Positions 50,860 through 63,499 of a DNA stretch of 64,000 bases are shown here, piece after piece. How positions within the stretch are numbered: position 1 is the stretch's first letter; every line of letters begins with the position of its first letter. The translations under genes were made by a program, and so were the position numbers. Location of the stretch: the NCBI GenBank assembly GCA_951406725.2, contig OX597820.1:31186001-31250000 (forward strand). The letters run 5' to 3'. The notes under the pieces were generated by a model. That model was not told where the DNA came from. It made no database searches and saw nothing but the letters and a program-made list of their open reading frames with translations. The DNA comes from Octopus vulgaris (taxonomy: Eukaryota).

Positions 50860-51228
50860 TTATAACCTCCACCTTAGCAAAGGTGGAGGTATTGTTTTCA
50901 GTCGTGTTTGACTGTTTGTCTGTGGACAAGATATCTCAAGAACCACCAGATAGATTCAGATGAAATTTTCAGGGATGTTTTGGCCTCGTGACTGTCATGA
51001 ACTGATTAGATTTTAGGATCGATCTGGTACTGGACAAGGATTCTGGATTATTTTTCCTGTTTCTTTTTCCTTAAGTTTTGAGAGCGGTCGGGTTCATTTT
51101 TAGTATTCTCATTTGTGAGAGCAGTTGAGTTTATTTATACTCTCATTTTAAAAATCATCTCCGGCTAATCATTGGAAGGACGTTGGTGTTGCCTTGGCAG
51201 AGGTTTACACTCTCTGAGTGCTCTTGTT
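50860..51228 (+). mobile_element. Helentron-associated non-autonomous element (HINE/DINE-1-like)
   Basis: 5' ACCTCCACCTT/AAGGTGGAGGT subterminal stem, (GTTT/GTCT) tract, 3' CTTGGCAGAGGT inverted copy and CACTC-TCT-GAGTG hairpin, TT ends. Confidence 0.7.
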
Positions 51229-51449
51229 ATCATTAAGATAGCATCGTTAATACAGAAGTTGTGGGGGGATAACTAGATCAGATTCCTGACTCAATGTTTT
51301 GAATTCAAATTTTGCAGTAGTTCAATTACCCTTTCACACAGCCAACATAAAATGTGGGTCAGTTGATCAAATAAACACCATCAGCAATACACTTGCCCAT
51401 TACTAAACTGACAGTGCCTACTTAAAACACTACCATCTATCATTGTTAT

Positions 51450-51812
51450 TGAGTGGTGAGTTGGCAGACTCGTTAAAACGCCAAGCCAAATGCTTAGTGG
51501 CATTTTATTTTGTCTAAATTCTGCTGAGATCAAACTTTGTTTTCATCTCTTTGGGGTTGACAAAATAAGTACCAGTTGAGCATTGGGGTTGATGCAATTG
51601 ACATACCCCTCCTTCGAACTTGCTGGCCTTGTGCCAAAATTTGAAACCATTATTATCATTATTATTAGGGTGGTGATTGGGGCAGGCTCATTAGCACGTT
51701 GGACAAAATGCTTTGTAGCATTTCTTCTGGCTCCATATGTTCTGAGTTAAAACTCTATTAAGGTGGACTTGCTTTTCATTTTTTTTTTTTTGGAGGGTCG
51801 ATAAAATAAGTA
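51450..51812 (+). mobile_element. Two tandem SINE family B copies
   Basis: Head and core motifs separated by (ATT)n. Confidence 0.75.
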
Positions 51813-51922
51813 CTTCAGAGTTTGATACCAATTAGATACAATGGAGTGGCCATAACTGACCAGGTTTTGACATCTTCAAAAAACAAAATAAATAAATAAA
51901 AACAATGATATTAAGAAATTTT

Positions 51923-52305
51923 ATAGGTGCAGACGTAGCAGTGTGGTTAAGAAGCTTGCTTCCCAACCATGCAATCTTGGGTTTAGTCCCACTGTGCAGC
52001 ACTTTGGGCAAGTGCCATCTGCTCTAGTATTGGGCCAACCAAAGCCTTCTGAGTAGGTTTGGTAAATGAAAATCGAAAGAAGCCTGTCGTATGTGTGTGC
52101 ATGTGTATAACAACACTGTATGTGTGTGTTTACCATCACCACCACAACTACTGGAGAACTTGTGTTTGGTTTAATTACATACCTGTAATCTAGTGATTTG
52201 GCAAAATAGAATGATAGAATAAGTACTGTGGCTGATTTATTTGACTAAAACTCTTTGAGGTGGTGCCCCAGCATGGCCACAGTCCGATAACTGAAACAAG
52301 AAAAT
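51923..52305 (+). mobile_element. SINE family A
   Basis: Full structure, CpG-decayed. Confidence 0.8.
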
Positions 52306-54527
52306 AACAGAAGATATTTGTGACAAGAAGATCTAATTCTAGGTCTGTCTGATCAAGGCCGATTTAGAGCTAATCCAATAACAAAATTACGAGTTAAAGA
52401 GAGAATCTGAATCCATATATAGTTCTTTGACCTGCTAAGTGTAACAATCAAACTTCTCTTCCTTTAAATCACGTTACCATTTAGAAAAGTCAGGCATACG
52501 TGAAATACCTTCAGATATAGGTCTGCTCAATCAAGGTTGAACTGGTGCGACTTATCAACGACAAGTGGTAACAATGAGAACCAACGAAGAAGCGTCTTCG
52601 AAGTTGCTTGACCTGCTAGAAATAGCAACCAAGTCTCCTGCAAAAGACAGGCCTATTACCGTCTTTCTGTTTTTTTCTTTTTTTTACTAAATACACACAC
52701 AATCTCCAGAGCGTGTGTGTGTGTGTGTGGTTTTGTGGCACGGAGCAAAGCAGGCCATGCCGTCCACTCAAGAAAACACGTAGTAAATAATCCACACGCA
52801 CTCGAGCAAACTGAGTCCTCAATTTGTTCCGTTTGCCAAATGATTTGCAAGGCCTCAAGAGACACAGGCATGTCCATTAAACATGATTACCGTTTTATTT
52901 TACTGAATTCTCATTTATCTTTCACAAGAGAATCCCTGACACACACATATGTAGTATGTATGTGTGTGTGTATGTGTCCCCACCACTGCTTGGCAACCAG
53001 TATCGGTGTGTTTACGTCCTTGTAACTTAACGGTTCGGCAAAAAAGACCTATAAAATTAGTACACGGCTTAAAAAAACAGAGTAGTGGAGTCGATTCATT
53101 CGGCTAAATTTTTCAAAGATGGTGCCCCAGCCTGGCCGCAGTCTGATGACTGAAACAAATAAAAGAATTTCAAAAAATACTGTCTACAGACCGTAATTCT
53201 ACATTATGAGGGTGGAATACCCGCCCACTCGAGGCCGTCTCTGAGTCTGACACAAATATACCACTTTAAAGTTATCTAAATTGAAACTGTCAAAATTTTA
53301 TACGAGTTTAAATTCTAAATACCCGCTTAATAAGGACAAAGTTATTTTACTAAATTCTTCAATACTCTAAAAATAAATTAAAACAATGGTAGTGTATTTC
53401 AACAGAAATATTTTAACAAAAACGAGCAAAGTGAATGCAATTCTTAAGTGGAATAGCGATGCCAAATCGCTTTTTGTCAAAAATGTTGCTCGGGGAAAAA
53501 CGGAAGGAAAAAAAAAGCCTCGAAAATAGTTTATCATCGAAATGATGGTGATGCTGGTGGTTGGTGAGTGAAAAGGGGTCAGCAGGAGTGGTTTGCGACA
53601 ACGGAACATTATATGAAGAAGAGGAAATTCGGGGAGTGGAAGAAACAATAATATGCCACCAGATGGGACGACCATAATAAGGAAGTAGAACGAGGGATGC
53701 GGAGTCAAAGAGACTTAATACGTTCTATGAAATTTCCTGAGTAAAATAGGACATCGCTCTCTCTCTCTCTCTCTGTATTTCTCGATGTATTTGTGAATGA
53801 ACAGTTTGGCACTGGTTGTTGTGTTTTATATATGTGCGGGACGAGGCACAACAGAGAGAGAGAGAGTGGGTGGAACTAAAGCGAGAAAGAAAGAGATGGA
53901 GGGAGAGAGATTATGAAGAAAATGAAAATGACGGATAGATAAAAAGCATGAGAAAAGAAGGATTATAAGAAGGTGCAAGGTCAAGTCTGTTCGTTTTATA
54001 AGTGTAACGAAACTGAGTGTATTCAAGAAGTGACAGCGGTAGTGGACAGTACATTAGTATTTTTATAGGCTGCGTGTTTTAAATGTGTGCGCGCGTTGTT
54101 TATGTATGGCACACACTCTCTCTCACATATATATATATATAGACACAGATACACACGCGCGCACACACACACATATATAAACATACATATATACACACAT
54201 ATACATGCACGTGTTTATTTTTATATCTACGCATCCATGTATATTTCTATGAGTTTTGGGTGCATTGCTATACATGGTAGTGAATGAGGGAGGTTACGCT
54301 TGTGTTTATATTTGATCGAATGCCATCCATCCATCCGTCCATCCATGTATGTATGGCATTGGATTCGATCCCGCTTTCTGCCAGATAGAAATCACAATTC
54401 AATCATGCATTAAGACTCAAAAACTTTCAGTACATAAATTGTTTAAACAGTGCCCTAAAATTTAATAACACTCCTCATGACAACATTCAACAATACGTAT
54501 ATGTATATATACAACACAAGATCGACC

Positions 54528-54830
54528 TCTTCCAACCACATGGTTCCGGGTTCAGTCCCACTGCGTGGCACCTTGGGCAAGTGTCTACTATAGTCTTGGG
54601 TCGAACAAAATCTTGTGAGTGGAATTTGGTAGAAACTGAAAGAAGCCCGTCGAACGTACGCATGTCAGGTCCCTCATCACCGCGTAACAACCGGTGTTGG
54701 TGTGTTTACGTCCCCGTAACTTAGCCGTTCGACAAAAAAGACTTCTAGAATAAGTACCAGGCTTAAATAATAGAAAAAAAACAAAACAATTAGACTGAAA
54801 AACTATTCAAGCCAGTGCCTCCAGCAAGAG
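54528..54830 (+). mobile_element. SINE family A, CpG-retaining (a 3' fragment also lies at ~52975-53167)
   Basis: CCAACCACATGGTTCCGGGTTCAGTCCCACTGCGTGG and downstream family A motifs. Confidence 0.8.
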
Positions 54831-56328
54831 ATGAAAACAATATGTAACAGTAGAGAGAATGATAACAAAAGGCCCTAAGTGCTGAGACACAAACGTATAA
54901 ACTTGCAGATCGCTTCAACACCTAAAAGCTACTGTATTCAATAAAGTTCCCTAAAAATCTATGAAGGCTGCACTTCGCTTCTATCTCCACAAACAATAGT
55001 ATCATTACTGCTGCTACTACTCCTCATAATAATAACGATACGGTTCCTTAAATAGACACAAGACGGACAACTTTCAGGGGCCTAGATAAGTCTATCGAAT
55101 CGTCCCGAGTACGCGGCTGGTTCTCTCTCTGCATGTGTGTTTTTATTTTCATTAACCACAGAAGGACAAACGGAAAAGTTGACCACGGTGGGATTTGAAC
55201 TCATAGCGTAAAGAACCGGATCAAATACTGCAAGGCGTTTTTTTGTTCGACAACCAATTGTTTTAAAGAGAAGATAACCATTAAACACACCATATCATTA
55301 CACACAATATATATATACATACATACATACACACACACATGTATGTGAGTGTGTGTAGAACGGTGTTTTATGTAAGGCAATATCTATTTCCAGAAAGGGA
55401 GCGACGCTTGATACATAAAAATCATTAACACACACACACAAACCTTTACTCACACAGCATATAATATGCTGAGTAAGAGAGCTTGAGGGTTGGGGCGCAA
55501 ACAGATTTAAGTATCCGGTACAATGTCAATAATATTAAGTGGGTTATGATTCGTGTAGCGTGTAGAAGAGAGAGAGAGAATGAAAGAAATATGTGTACGA
55601 ATATATATATACACACACACACAAGCACACACTCGCCCAAGCACGAAAACAGACTAACCACTCGATAAACAATCGAGAGAAAAAAAAACTAATCAATCAT
55701 CGTTACTATCATATTATTATCGTTAATATTGCTATTATGATGATTATCATATTTAATACTACTTTTGATCTTAGCACCTCACCAAAATAATATATCACCG
55801 GTGCGTGTATTATTGTGTGTGTGAGTGAGAGCAAACCCATAAGGTTGTATGTAAGTTTCAAAAAATGTATTTACGGCAAGATAACGTGTGTGTGTGTTTG
55901 AGAGAGAGAGAGAAATTAAGTTTGTTTCGATACAATTGTTTTTAACCAGAAGCTTCGATTTAAACTAGACTACAGACATACGCTCATCTCGTTATAACAA
56001 AACAGAAACTATATCATATATATATAAATACACACGCACACACACACAATATTCTACTAAATCCCTTCTTGTAATTGTATCTACAACCAAATTGTTCCTT
56101 TGACAGGACAACGAAAATATAGAGACCACAATCTACGCTTCACATTCGTTGTTTTGGTAACGTAGGTTTGTAAATGATGGGGGAAACTACACACACGTGT
56201 GTGTATGTATGTATACATGACTGTATCAGCCCGTTCATGTATGTGTATACGTACATATATATATATATAGAGAGAGATATATATCGGAAAGGGGGGTACT
56301 CTCATAGTTTGACCCCACAAAGACTTAC

Positions 56329-56419
56329 ATTCTTTTAACAAGGCATCCTCCGCTTCGGCATGCCGCCAGCCATCCGTAGTGTCTTGGTCTTCTTTTACCG
56401 TTTTACTCTGTAACTCCAT
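56329..56419 (-). CDS. ATP8A1: Probable first coding exon of the ATP8A-like flippase
   Basis: First ATG after an in-frame stop, in a GC-rich leader. Encodes MELQSKTVKEDQDTTDGWRHAEAEDALLKE and ends at a consensus donor GAAT|GTAAGT in phase 1, joining exon 2 in frame (T+CA=Ser). The link to exon 2 is inferred. Confidence 0.6.
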
Positions 56420-57479
56420 TCCAGTCGGTTGGAAGCCCGCCCAGAACGGTGCTGGCAGTGCAACGGCGGCGGCGGCGGAGACGGCAGCTGCTGCTGCTGT
56501 TCCTGATTATGACGTTCGTGGTACTGGTGGCAGTGTTATTGTTGGTTTAACCCCCTAACAGGCCCGGGCCCTGATCGAGCAGACCTACGATCTACAATAT
56601 TCATCCAAGCCATTACTATACAGGATTATTATTACTTTTTTCCTTCTTTTTTTTTCTTTTGTTACTATTTATTTTCGTTTCCAGGAAAACCGTACTCCAG
56701 GGTACATTATCCAATGTTTTGTTTTCGATGATGTTGCTTTTCTCCTTCTTTTAAAAAGACAGCAGTGCTTGATTTGAGGTAGATTAAGCTGCTGTTTCTA
56801 GCAAGTAGACTGAACGATCATGTCGTGGTTTCTCCGTTGGCTCGTTATCAAAAGTGGTGACTGAGAGAGGGACAAGCTTTGGGCTCCGAGGGTCAGAACA
56901 TCATCAGCACTAATGACAACAGAAGCGAGGACGAGGTGGGGAGGCGTTATTGGTTGTGAACACTTTGTAACATTAAATATATTGAGAGAGAGAGACAGAC
57001 AGAGAGAGAGTAGTGGGTAGGGTTTAGTTTTCGGTGTAAAGTCCGGTTGAGATGTTTCCTTGTTTTAAGAGTGGACTTGCAAATACAGAGCAGAACAGGT
57101 CGCTATATTAAACAACAACAAAAACAGCAGCAGCTGTGACGACAACATTTGACGCCTTGTCAATAACACTGTCACAAAAAGTATTTCCTCGGAGCCTCCG
57201 AGTGGTCGCCTGACCTGCTAGCAACAGCAGCCAAATTTCTCAAACCGCAATGCAGTCCTACACACCTAGAAAGACGGGAGTTGTCATGTTTTGGAAGAGC
57301 TTTCATCATACAGAGACGTCCGTTCGTTCGTTCGATTACAGTTTATCAATCATCGTAGGCAATGAATTTTGTAATTGTTGTTGTATTGTAGATTAAACAA
57401 TGCATTTTGTGAACAAAAGCGTCGTTAATTATAGGTTTGTAAATCGTTAATCTTTAATGCACTGCCTTCTTGATGTCGA

Positions 57480-57560
57480 CAGCGACTCGGAAATGTCTGT
57501 ACAACTCGGGCGGAATAAATATCACAAGGTATTTTGATTGGCAGTTATCTCGCAGATGTA
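57480..57560 (-). promoter_or_regulatory. Candidate core promoter motifs (GC box, CCAAT box, ETS-like)
   Basis: GGGCGG at 57508-57513, ATTGG (CCAAT on minus) at 57537-57541 and CGGAAATG, in unique CpG-rich sequence ~1.1 kb upstream of the ATG. Confidence 0.3.
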
Positions 57561-58141
57561 GGCAAGCACGCACGCACACACACGCACACATATATACAAA
57601 TATACGTTTCTCTGAAAACTCATTCATATCTGCGTAAAGAGCGATTAATTACGAGCCAACGAAAGAGAGACAAACTACATTGCTGGCTATGAATCTGCTA
57701 GAAAGAACGACCAAACTATCCTCAAGTCACAACGAAGAAGAGAAAAAAAAGTGGACACGCATTCAATCATGCAGTCCTAAATACACAATATCTCGAAAAA
57801 GGAAAAAAAAAAAGCAGGAAAAGAAAAGAAAAAACCAGATGGTTACAGATGGGACAAGGCTAACCTAAAGCTAAATAATAATTTTACTATCATAGCATGC
57901 ATCCTTCTTCGCATGTGTATGTGGTTAAATAGTAAACATAACTATATGGCACGTATCTGTTGTTCGGTTCAAAGTTAGCTTTCATCAAAAAGAGCACGGG
58001 CAAAGGTGCTCTGGCCATGACCATTCCGTCATCAGTTTATCTCAGAATAATTTATTTTATATTATTTCATCTTTAAAGGTGGCAGGGTGTGTGTGTGTGT
58101 GTGTGACTGCTATTTCTAATAGAGTAAGCGATCATTTAGAT

Positions 58142-58255
58142 CGGTCATGGGAAACCTTTTTCGAGAAGCGGGTAGCATGAGACATGACTCATCATCAGGC
58201 GGGCCGCACTATTAGAAAAAAAAAAAATTCCTATGACCAAGTTTGCCTATGACCG
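58142..58255 (+). mobile_element. hAT (Buster-type) MITE, 114 bp
   Basis: TIRs CGGTCATGGGAAAC / GTTTGCCTATGACCG; perfect 8-bp TSD ATTTAGAT (58134-58141, 58256-58263). Confidence 0.85.
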
Positions 58256-58523
58256 ATTTAGATTCTTCCTCGTGGATCGGGCACATGTGAGTGTGCATGC
58301 TATAACGCAATTATTTAATCCTCTCGCACTGAAGGGTGTCACGAGAAGTTTAAACTAATATTTCGTGCTTCATATTTTTAATAGAGACAGAAGGGCCACC
58401 TCGAATAAGGGAAGATGTGGGTGTCAGATGCAATATGACACAATTGAAAAGCACCCTGGCTCCACCAATGGGTGACGCGAAAAGACACCTGATTAAAGGG
58501 AGTTATTACAGTTGGGATATATG

Positions 58524-58643
58524 CACTAGCGTAGCTAGAGTTGTGTGTCGCCCGGAGCCCACAAAATATATTATCTACAGCAGATCTAAAAGTGCCGCCC
58601 GGGGCGGAGCGCCCCTACCGTCTCTCCCCTAGCTACGCTAGTG
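58524..58643. mobile_element. hAT-type MITE, 120 bp
   Basis: Perfect 15-bp TIR CACTAGCGTAGCTAG / CTAGCTACGCTAGTG; TSD GATATATG/GATATATA (7 of 8 match). Confidence 0.8.
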
Positions 58644-58671
58644 GATATATAGCCTCTGGTCTACTTTAGTG

Positions 58672-58978
58672 ACGGCGCGTGATTTAATGGTTAGGATATT
58701 CAGCTCACGGTTGTAAGACCCTGGGTTCGATTCCCGCAGCGCGTTGTGTCCTTGAGCAAGACACTATTTCCCGTTGTTCCAATCCACTTAGCTGGCAAAA
58801 ACGAGTTGTACATGTAATTCAAAGAGCCAGCCTTGTCCCATTCTGTGTCACGCTGAATCGTCCTGAGAACTACGTTAAGGGTACGCATGTCTGCAGAGAG
58901 CTCACCCACTTGCACGCTAATTTCGGGAACAGGCTGTTCCGTTGATCCTCCGTCGTCGCAACTGACGGAGTGCCAGTT
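58672..58978 (+). mobile_element. tRNA-derived CORE-like SINE (family D)
   Basis: tRNA-like head with GGTTCGATTCCC B-box, followed by TGTGTCCTTGAGCAAGACACT. Confidence 0.75.
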
Positions 58979-59879
58979 TAGTCTACCTTAAACACAGGTG
59001 TGTGTGTGTGTATGTATAAACACGCAATTTACTTCAGCTCTCAACAGAACACAACCCATCTGGAAGATAGTAACTCCAAATGAAAACCAATACACACAAA
59101 GTATACAGAGTTCTTGCTGCAGACAACTTGTCCAGTACCAATGGGACGATATAATGTGCATATACTATCCATGCTGTAAAAAATTATAAGCATAAAAAAG
59201 TAGGGAGGTGGGGCTTGCGTTTAACAACTGCAACAAAGGGCTGCAATGAAACGTTATATAAGGACGTACGGGGCCAACTACTGTAAGCAGGATAGGGAGT
59301 AAAACGATGATCGCGCGCACAATGGGCACTCCATCGCCTTCGACGATGAATATTCCAGCTGTTCGATCAACTAAATCACTAACTTTATTCGTTTGTAAGT
59401 GGCTGGGTATTTCGCAGTCACTTGTTCGCTTGATGTAACCCGTAAAGCATGAATCAGTACGGGCTTCCAAGTCTCCGTCAACCCTATTTCACTGACAAGG
59501 TTTGACTCAATACGACGCCATGAGTGAGGGGGAGGGGGCACTTGCTCAAGATGCCACAAAGTGAGGTTGAACGCAATACATCTTCATTAAGAAGCAAACT
59601 TCTTAATCAATAGGTCCAGCTGACGCATACAAGCACGTGCAACCAGACAACGCATATTACACCTGTTCGTTCCCCCTCTTTATTATCCCTTCACTTCACC
59701 TCTCCGGCTGAACCTTACAAATAACCTCTTTCCTCTCCACCAAGAGTAAGTCTTTACACGCATATCTATCTATCTATCTGTGTGTGTGTATATAACATTG
59801 AGTAATCCTCCAGTTTAATAAATTGTTTTCATGACGTGACACAAAAAATTGTGTGTATATATATGCGTGCATATGTAAA

Positions 59880-59915
<36 letters not shown>

Positions 59916-60324
59916 TACACACACACACACACACACATTTATACATATATACATGATCACTAACACATATCTAAGGCCATCCTGGACCCACATCTGCAGG
60001 GCAAACTCGTGTGCGTTGTTTGCTGGATACCATTTTAAAAAACTTTATTTGCTTATTTTTAATGTATAGCATCACTAATTATTAGCTCAACCGGATTTAT
60101 GGAGACAGTAGACGACTCTCAGTCTGGTTATAAGGTATTCCAGATGTTATATTTGGGACGCAAGAAACAAGTGCATTTTGGAGTCTTAAAATCCAAGAAG
60201 AAAATTTTGATGCGGGGGGTGTGGAATCAGAAATTTGGACATTTGATAGCACTTGCCATTCCTCTTTTCATTCTTCCTTCTTGCCAATGTTTACGGCTCA
60301 ACTTCATATAATATTTTATATATA

Positions 60325-60356
<32 letters not shown>

Positions 60357-60399
60357 GAGAGAGAAGACAAATAGAAGAGACAGATGTATGTTTTACTTT

Positions 60400-60750
60400 C
60401 TTCAATCATTGAACAGCAGCCATGCTGGGGCACTGCCTTGAAGGGTTTTAGTTGAACAAAACCCCACTACATATTTTTAAGCCTGGAACTTATTCAATCA
60501 GAGTCTTTTGTCGAATTACTAAGTTACAAAAATGTAAACATACTAACACTAGTTGACAATCAGTAACAGGGGGACAAACCACACACACACATGGGGGCTT
60601 CTACACAGTTTCTTTCTGTCTAGCAAATTCACTCAAGGCATTAAGCTGGTGCAAATCGATAGCAGAAGACACTCATTCTATCACGCAGTGGCCTGCAACC
60701 ATATGGTTGCAAAGCAAGCTTCATCTTAACCACACAGCAATGCCTGTGCA
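60400..60750 (-). mobile_element. SINE family A, decayed
   Basis: Reverse-complement tail and head motifs. Confidence 0.7.
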
Positions 60751-62862
60751 CACACACAAATTTTAGTTGTTTCAAAAAAGGGAATATTCAATATCAACAA
60801 TGAAGCCTCAGCAGCATTTTATTTATATTATATATATAAACATCAAGCCCTGTGACAGCACTGAAACTGCATATCTATTATACTCTGGCTGATACCATCA
60901 CCATTTATGCAGCATAATGCACTTGATGTTTATGTCGGGATAGGCTATCTAAATGGTTTACAGGTATAAAGTAACACTTTTATTCTTGATAAATATCACA
61001 CATGTTCCACTGATAATTAGTAGGTAACTCAGCCCAGTAAATACACACGCACGCATATGTATGAGAGAGGTGGGGATGAGACAATTAGGAAGGTACAGCA
61101 GGAGAAGGCAGGGTAGTGGATTATGACAAGAATTAATCCTAAGTATATGAATAATCATAAAGTAATGACTAACATTTAAATGTAAATGACAAGACATTAG
61201 AAAGAGAGAGAGAGAGAGAGAGGGATAATTAAAACAAGAGGCTAATAATGACAATGTGTCCAGACACCTTTTTACAGAGTGCTGCAGAAAAACATCCCAT
61301 ATTTTACACAGCAATTAATACAATGCTACTGAAGCTAGGAAGGTGCTAATGGTGACTTGTAGCTCATGTTTTACCATTTCTTTTCTAGTTACCATTATCT
61401 TTTGACTGATGCATATTATGTGTGCTGTTGAAACACCTACCAAGAATGCTGAATTTGGGAGTTTCTTTTCTGCTGTAACCTGTACTAGACTTTGAGTAAA
61501 TTATTTTTCAAAATATTTAGTAAACATGATATATAAATAGATGATATATTCATATACACACGCATGCATCAAATAATAGCATGTGTTGGTACATGTAGGT
61601 TGTTTTTGAGCTCTAGAACAGTCCTACCAACAACTAAATAGTGAAATTTGTTCTATATTTTTCATTACCACATCCTGGCTTTCTGATAATGAAAAATTTC
61701 TAAATTGCATGACTTTTTTCTTTAGATTGAATTTTATGAAAAGAATTAGCTTCATTTACAATTTGAGATAATTAGTAATATGGGTTACACCTGCTGAGAC
61801 ATTAAATTGTCAAGCCTGAAAGGTGAGTGCAGCTATACTTTCAGTATTATCTTGTGTAGATGGTCTTCAGTTAACATTTTCTGGCAATCTGAGGCTAATT
61901 AAAGAAGTGCATTTTGTACAAGTTCAATCTTTTATGTTATGTCTAATGCTAGCAGGGTCCATGCTGCTCTTGTATATTCACAATGATGTTAACTCACAGA
62001 GCAATTAATTGGTTGGCCAATTCCTGAACAAGTTCTGTCCAGAAGTAGTGCCAATTGATTATTTAAGAATGTGGTTCCTTTGCTGTTTATGACTAGTGGA
62101 AGGAAGGAAAAAGGTATCCTTAAACTGAACCTAAAAGTTCACAAGAACCTAGTGGTAGCATTAAACCAAGTGACAGATTATGTATCCCTATGGTGCCTCC
62201 AAAAGGCTTCCACACAATTCCTGTCTACCAAATTTGCTCACAAGGCTTTAGTTGTCCTAAAGCTTTGCTAAAACAGACTAGAAGTAGAGATAATCCAAGT
62301 TAAGAAAGGAGTTTACAAAAACATCGATAGCAGCATAATCTTGTGAAGGTTCAACCATTTTCTCTTGTCTTTGTTATAGCATGAAATTCTTCCCCCACTA
62401 ATAAACAAACCCCTCCCACAAAACTTCACATGCATATCATTAGAACAATATCATAAAACATTTTAATTAAGTGTATTCATATCTTTCAACTGATGTTTTA
62501 ATACAATTACAACACAGTATAAAGTCCATAAAAGGTTCATAGGTTTGATTAAGTTGTTATGTCATCACATTATCATGAGTTGGGGGTTGCCATATCAAGG
62601 TGATTTTTCAGTATTCTCAATGCATTAAATTGGTATACTTACAACAATTAACCCTGTCCTTATCTGAGATATCTTCTAATGGGGCTAACTCCCTAACTGT
62701 TATGATGTCTTTTCAATCACAAGGAAAACAAAAGTAAGCATGTTGGTGAATTGATACAAACAGTTTGAATTTTTGGACAAAAAGGGTCATCTTCATTATA
62801 AATGTTCCCTTTCCACAGAGGGGACAAGAAAAGCCAGTTTGGTAACTCATTCCAGCAGCTGT

Positions 62863-63208
62863 AACCACATGGTTCCAGGTTCAGTCCCACTGTGTGGCAC
62901 CTTGGGCAAGTGTCTTCTACTATAGCTTTGGGCCGACCAAAGCCTTGTGAGTGGATTTAGTAGACAGAAACTGAAAGAAGCCTGTCGTGTATATGTGTGT
63001 GTGTTTGTGTGTCTGTGTTTGCCCCCCCCTCCCCAATGTTACTTGACAACTGATGCTGGTGTGTTTACGTCCCCGTAACTTAGTGGTTCGGCAAAAGAGA
63101 TTGATAGAATAAGTACTAGGCTTACACAGAATAAGGGGGCAATTTGGTCAACTAAAGGCAGTGCTCCAGCATGGCCACAGTCAAATGACTGAAACAAGTA
63201 AAAGAGTA
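62863..63208 (+). mobile_element. SINE family A, 5' truncated
   Basis: High similarity to the 3855-4213 copy. Confidence 0.85.
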
Positions 63209-63499
63209 TGCATATAGAATGTAAGACATTGAGCAGAAAACATTCCTATGCAAAGATCAGAGGATTTTTGGATTCTGCAATCCATAGTCCAGTTTCCAAA
63301 TTATCTACACCAACTTAACCATTTTGATTCCAACCCACTTGAGACTGCCCTTTGTTATATAATGCAAACCCCCCATTTTAAAGTGATCTAAATTATAACC
63401 ATCCATCAAACTTTTATGTTAATTTGTTCCAAACATCAGCTTATTATTTTACAAATTCTTCATTATTTTCGAAAATTAATTGAAAAAAATAAATAAATA

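Larger units (their letters stand above)
52350..60220. promoter_or_regulatory. CpG-retaining (probably unmethylated) promoter domain around exon 1
   Basis: CpG is visibly much more frequent here than in the flanks, including within diverged repeat copies. Estimated by eye, not counted. Confidence 0.6.

Noticed and set aside
53143-53156. CTGATGA-CT-GAAAC hammerhead-like string
   Set aside because: It is a point variant of the SINE A tail (CAAATGACTGAAAC) with no room for stem II.
58672-58745. tRNA-like sequence (also at the heads of SINE families A and B)
   Set aside because: A/B boxes are present, but there is no complete cloverleaf and the sequence runs directly into a SINE body, so these are SINE heads rather than tRNA genes.
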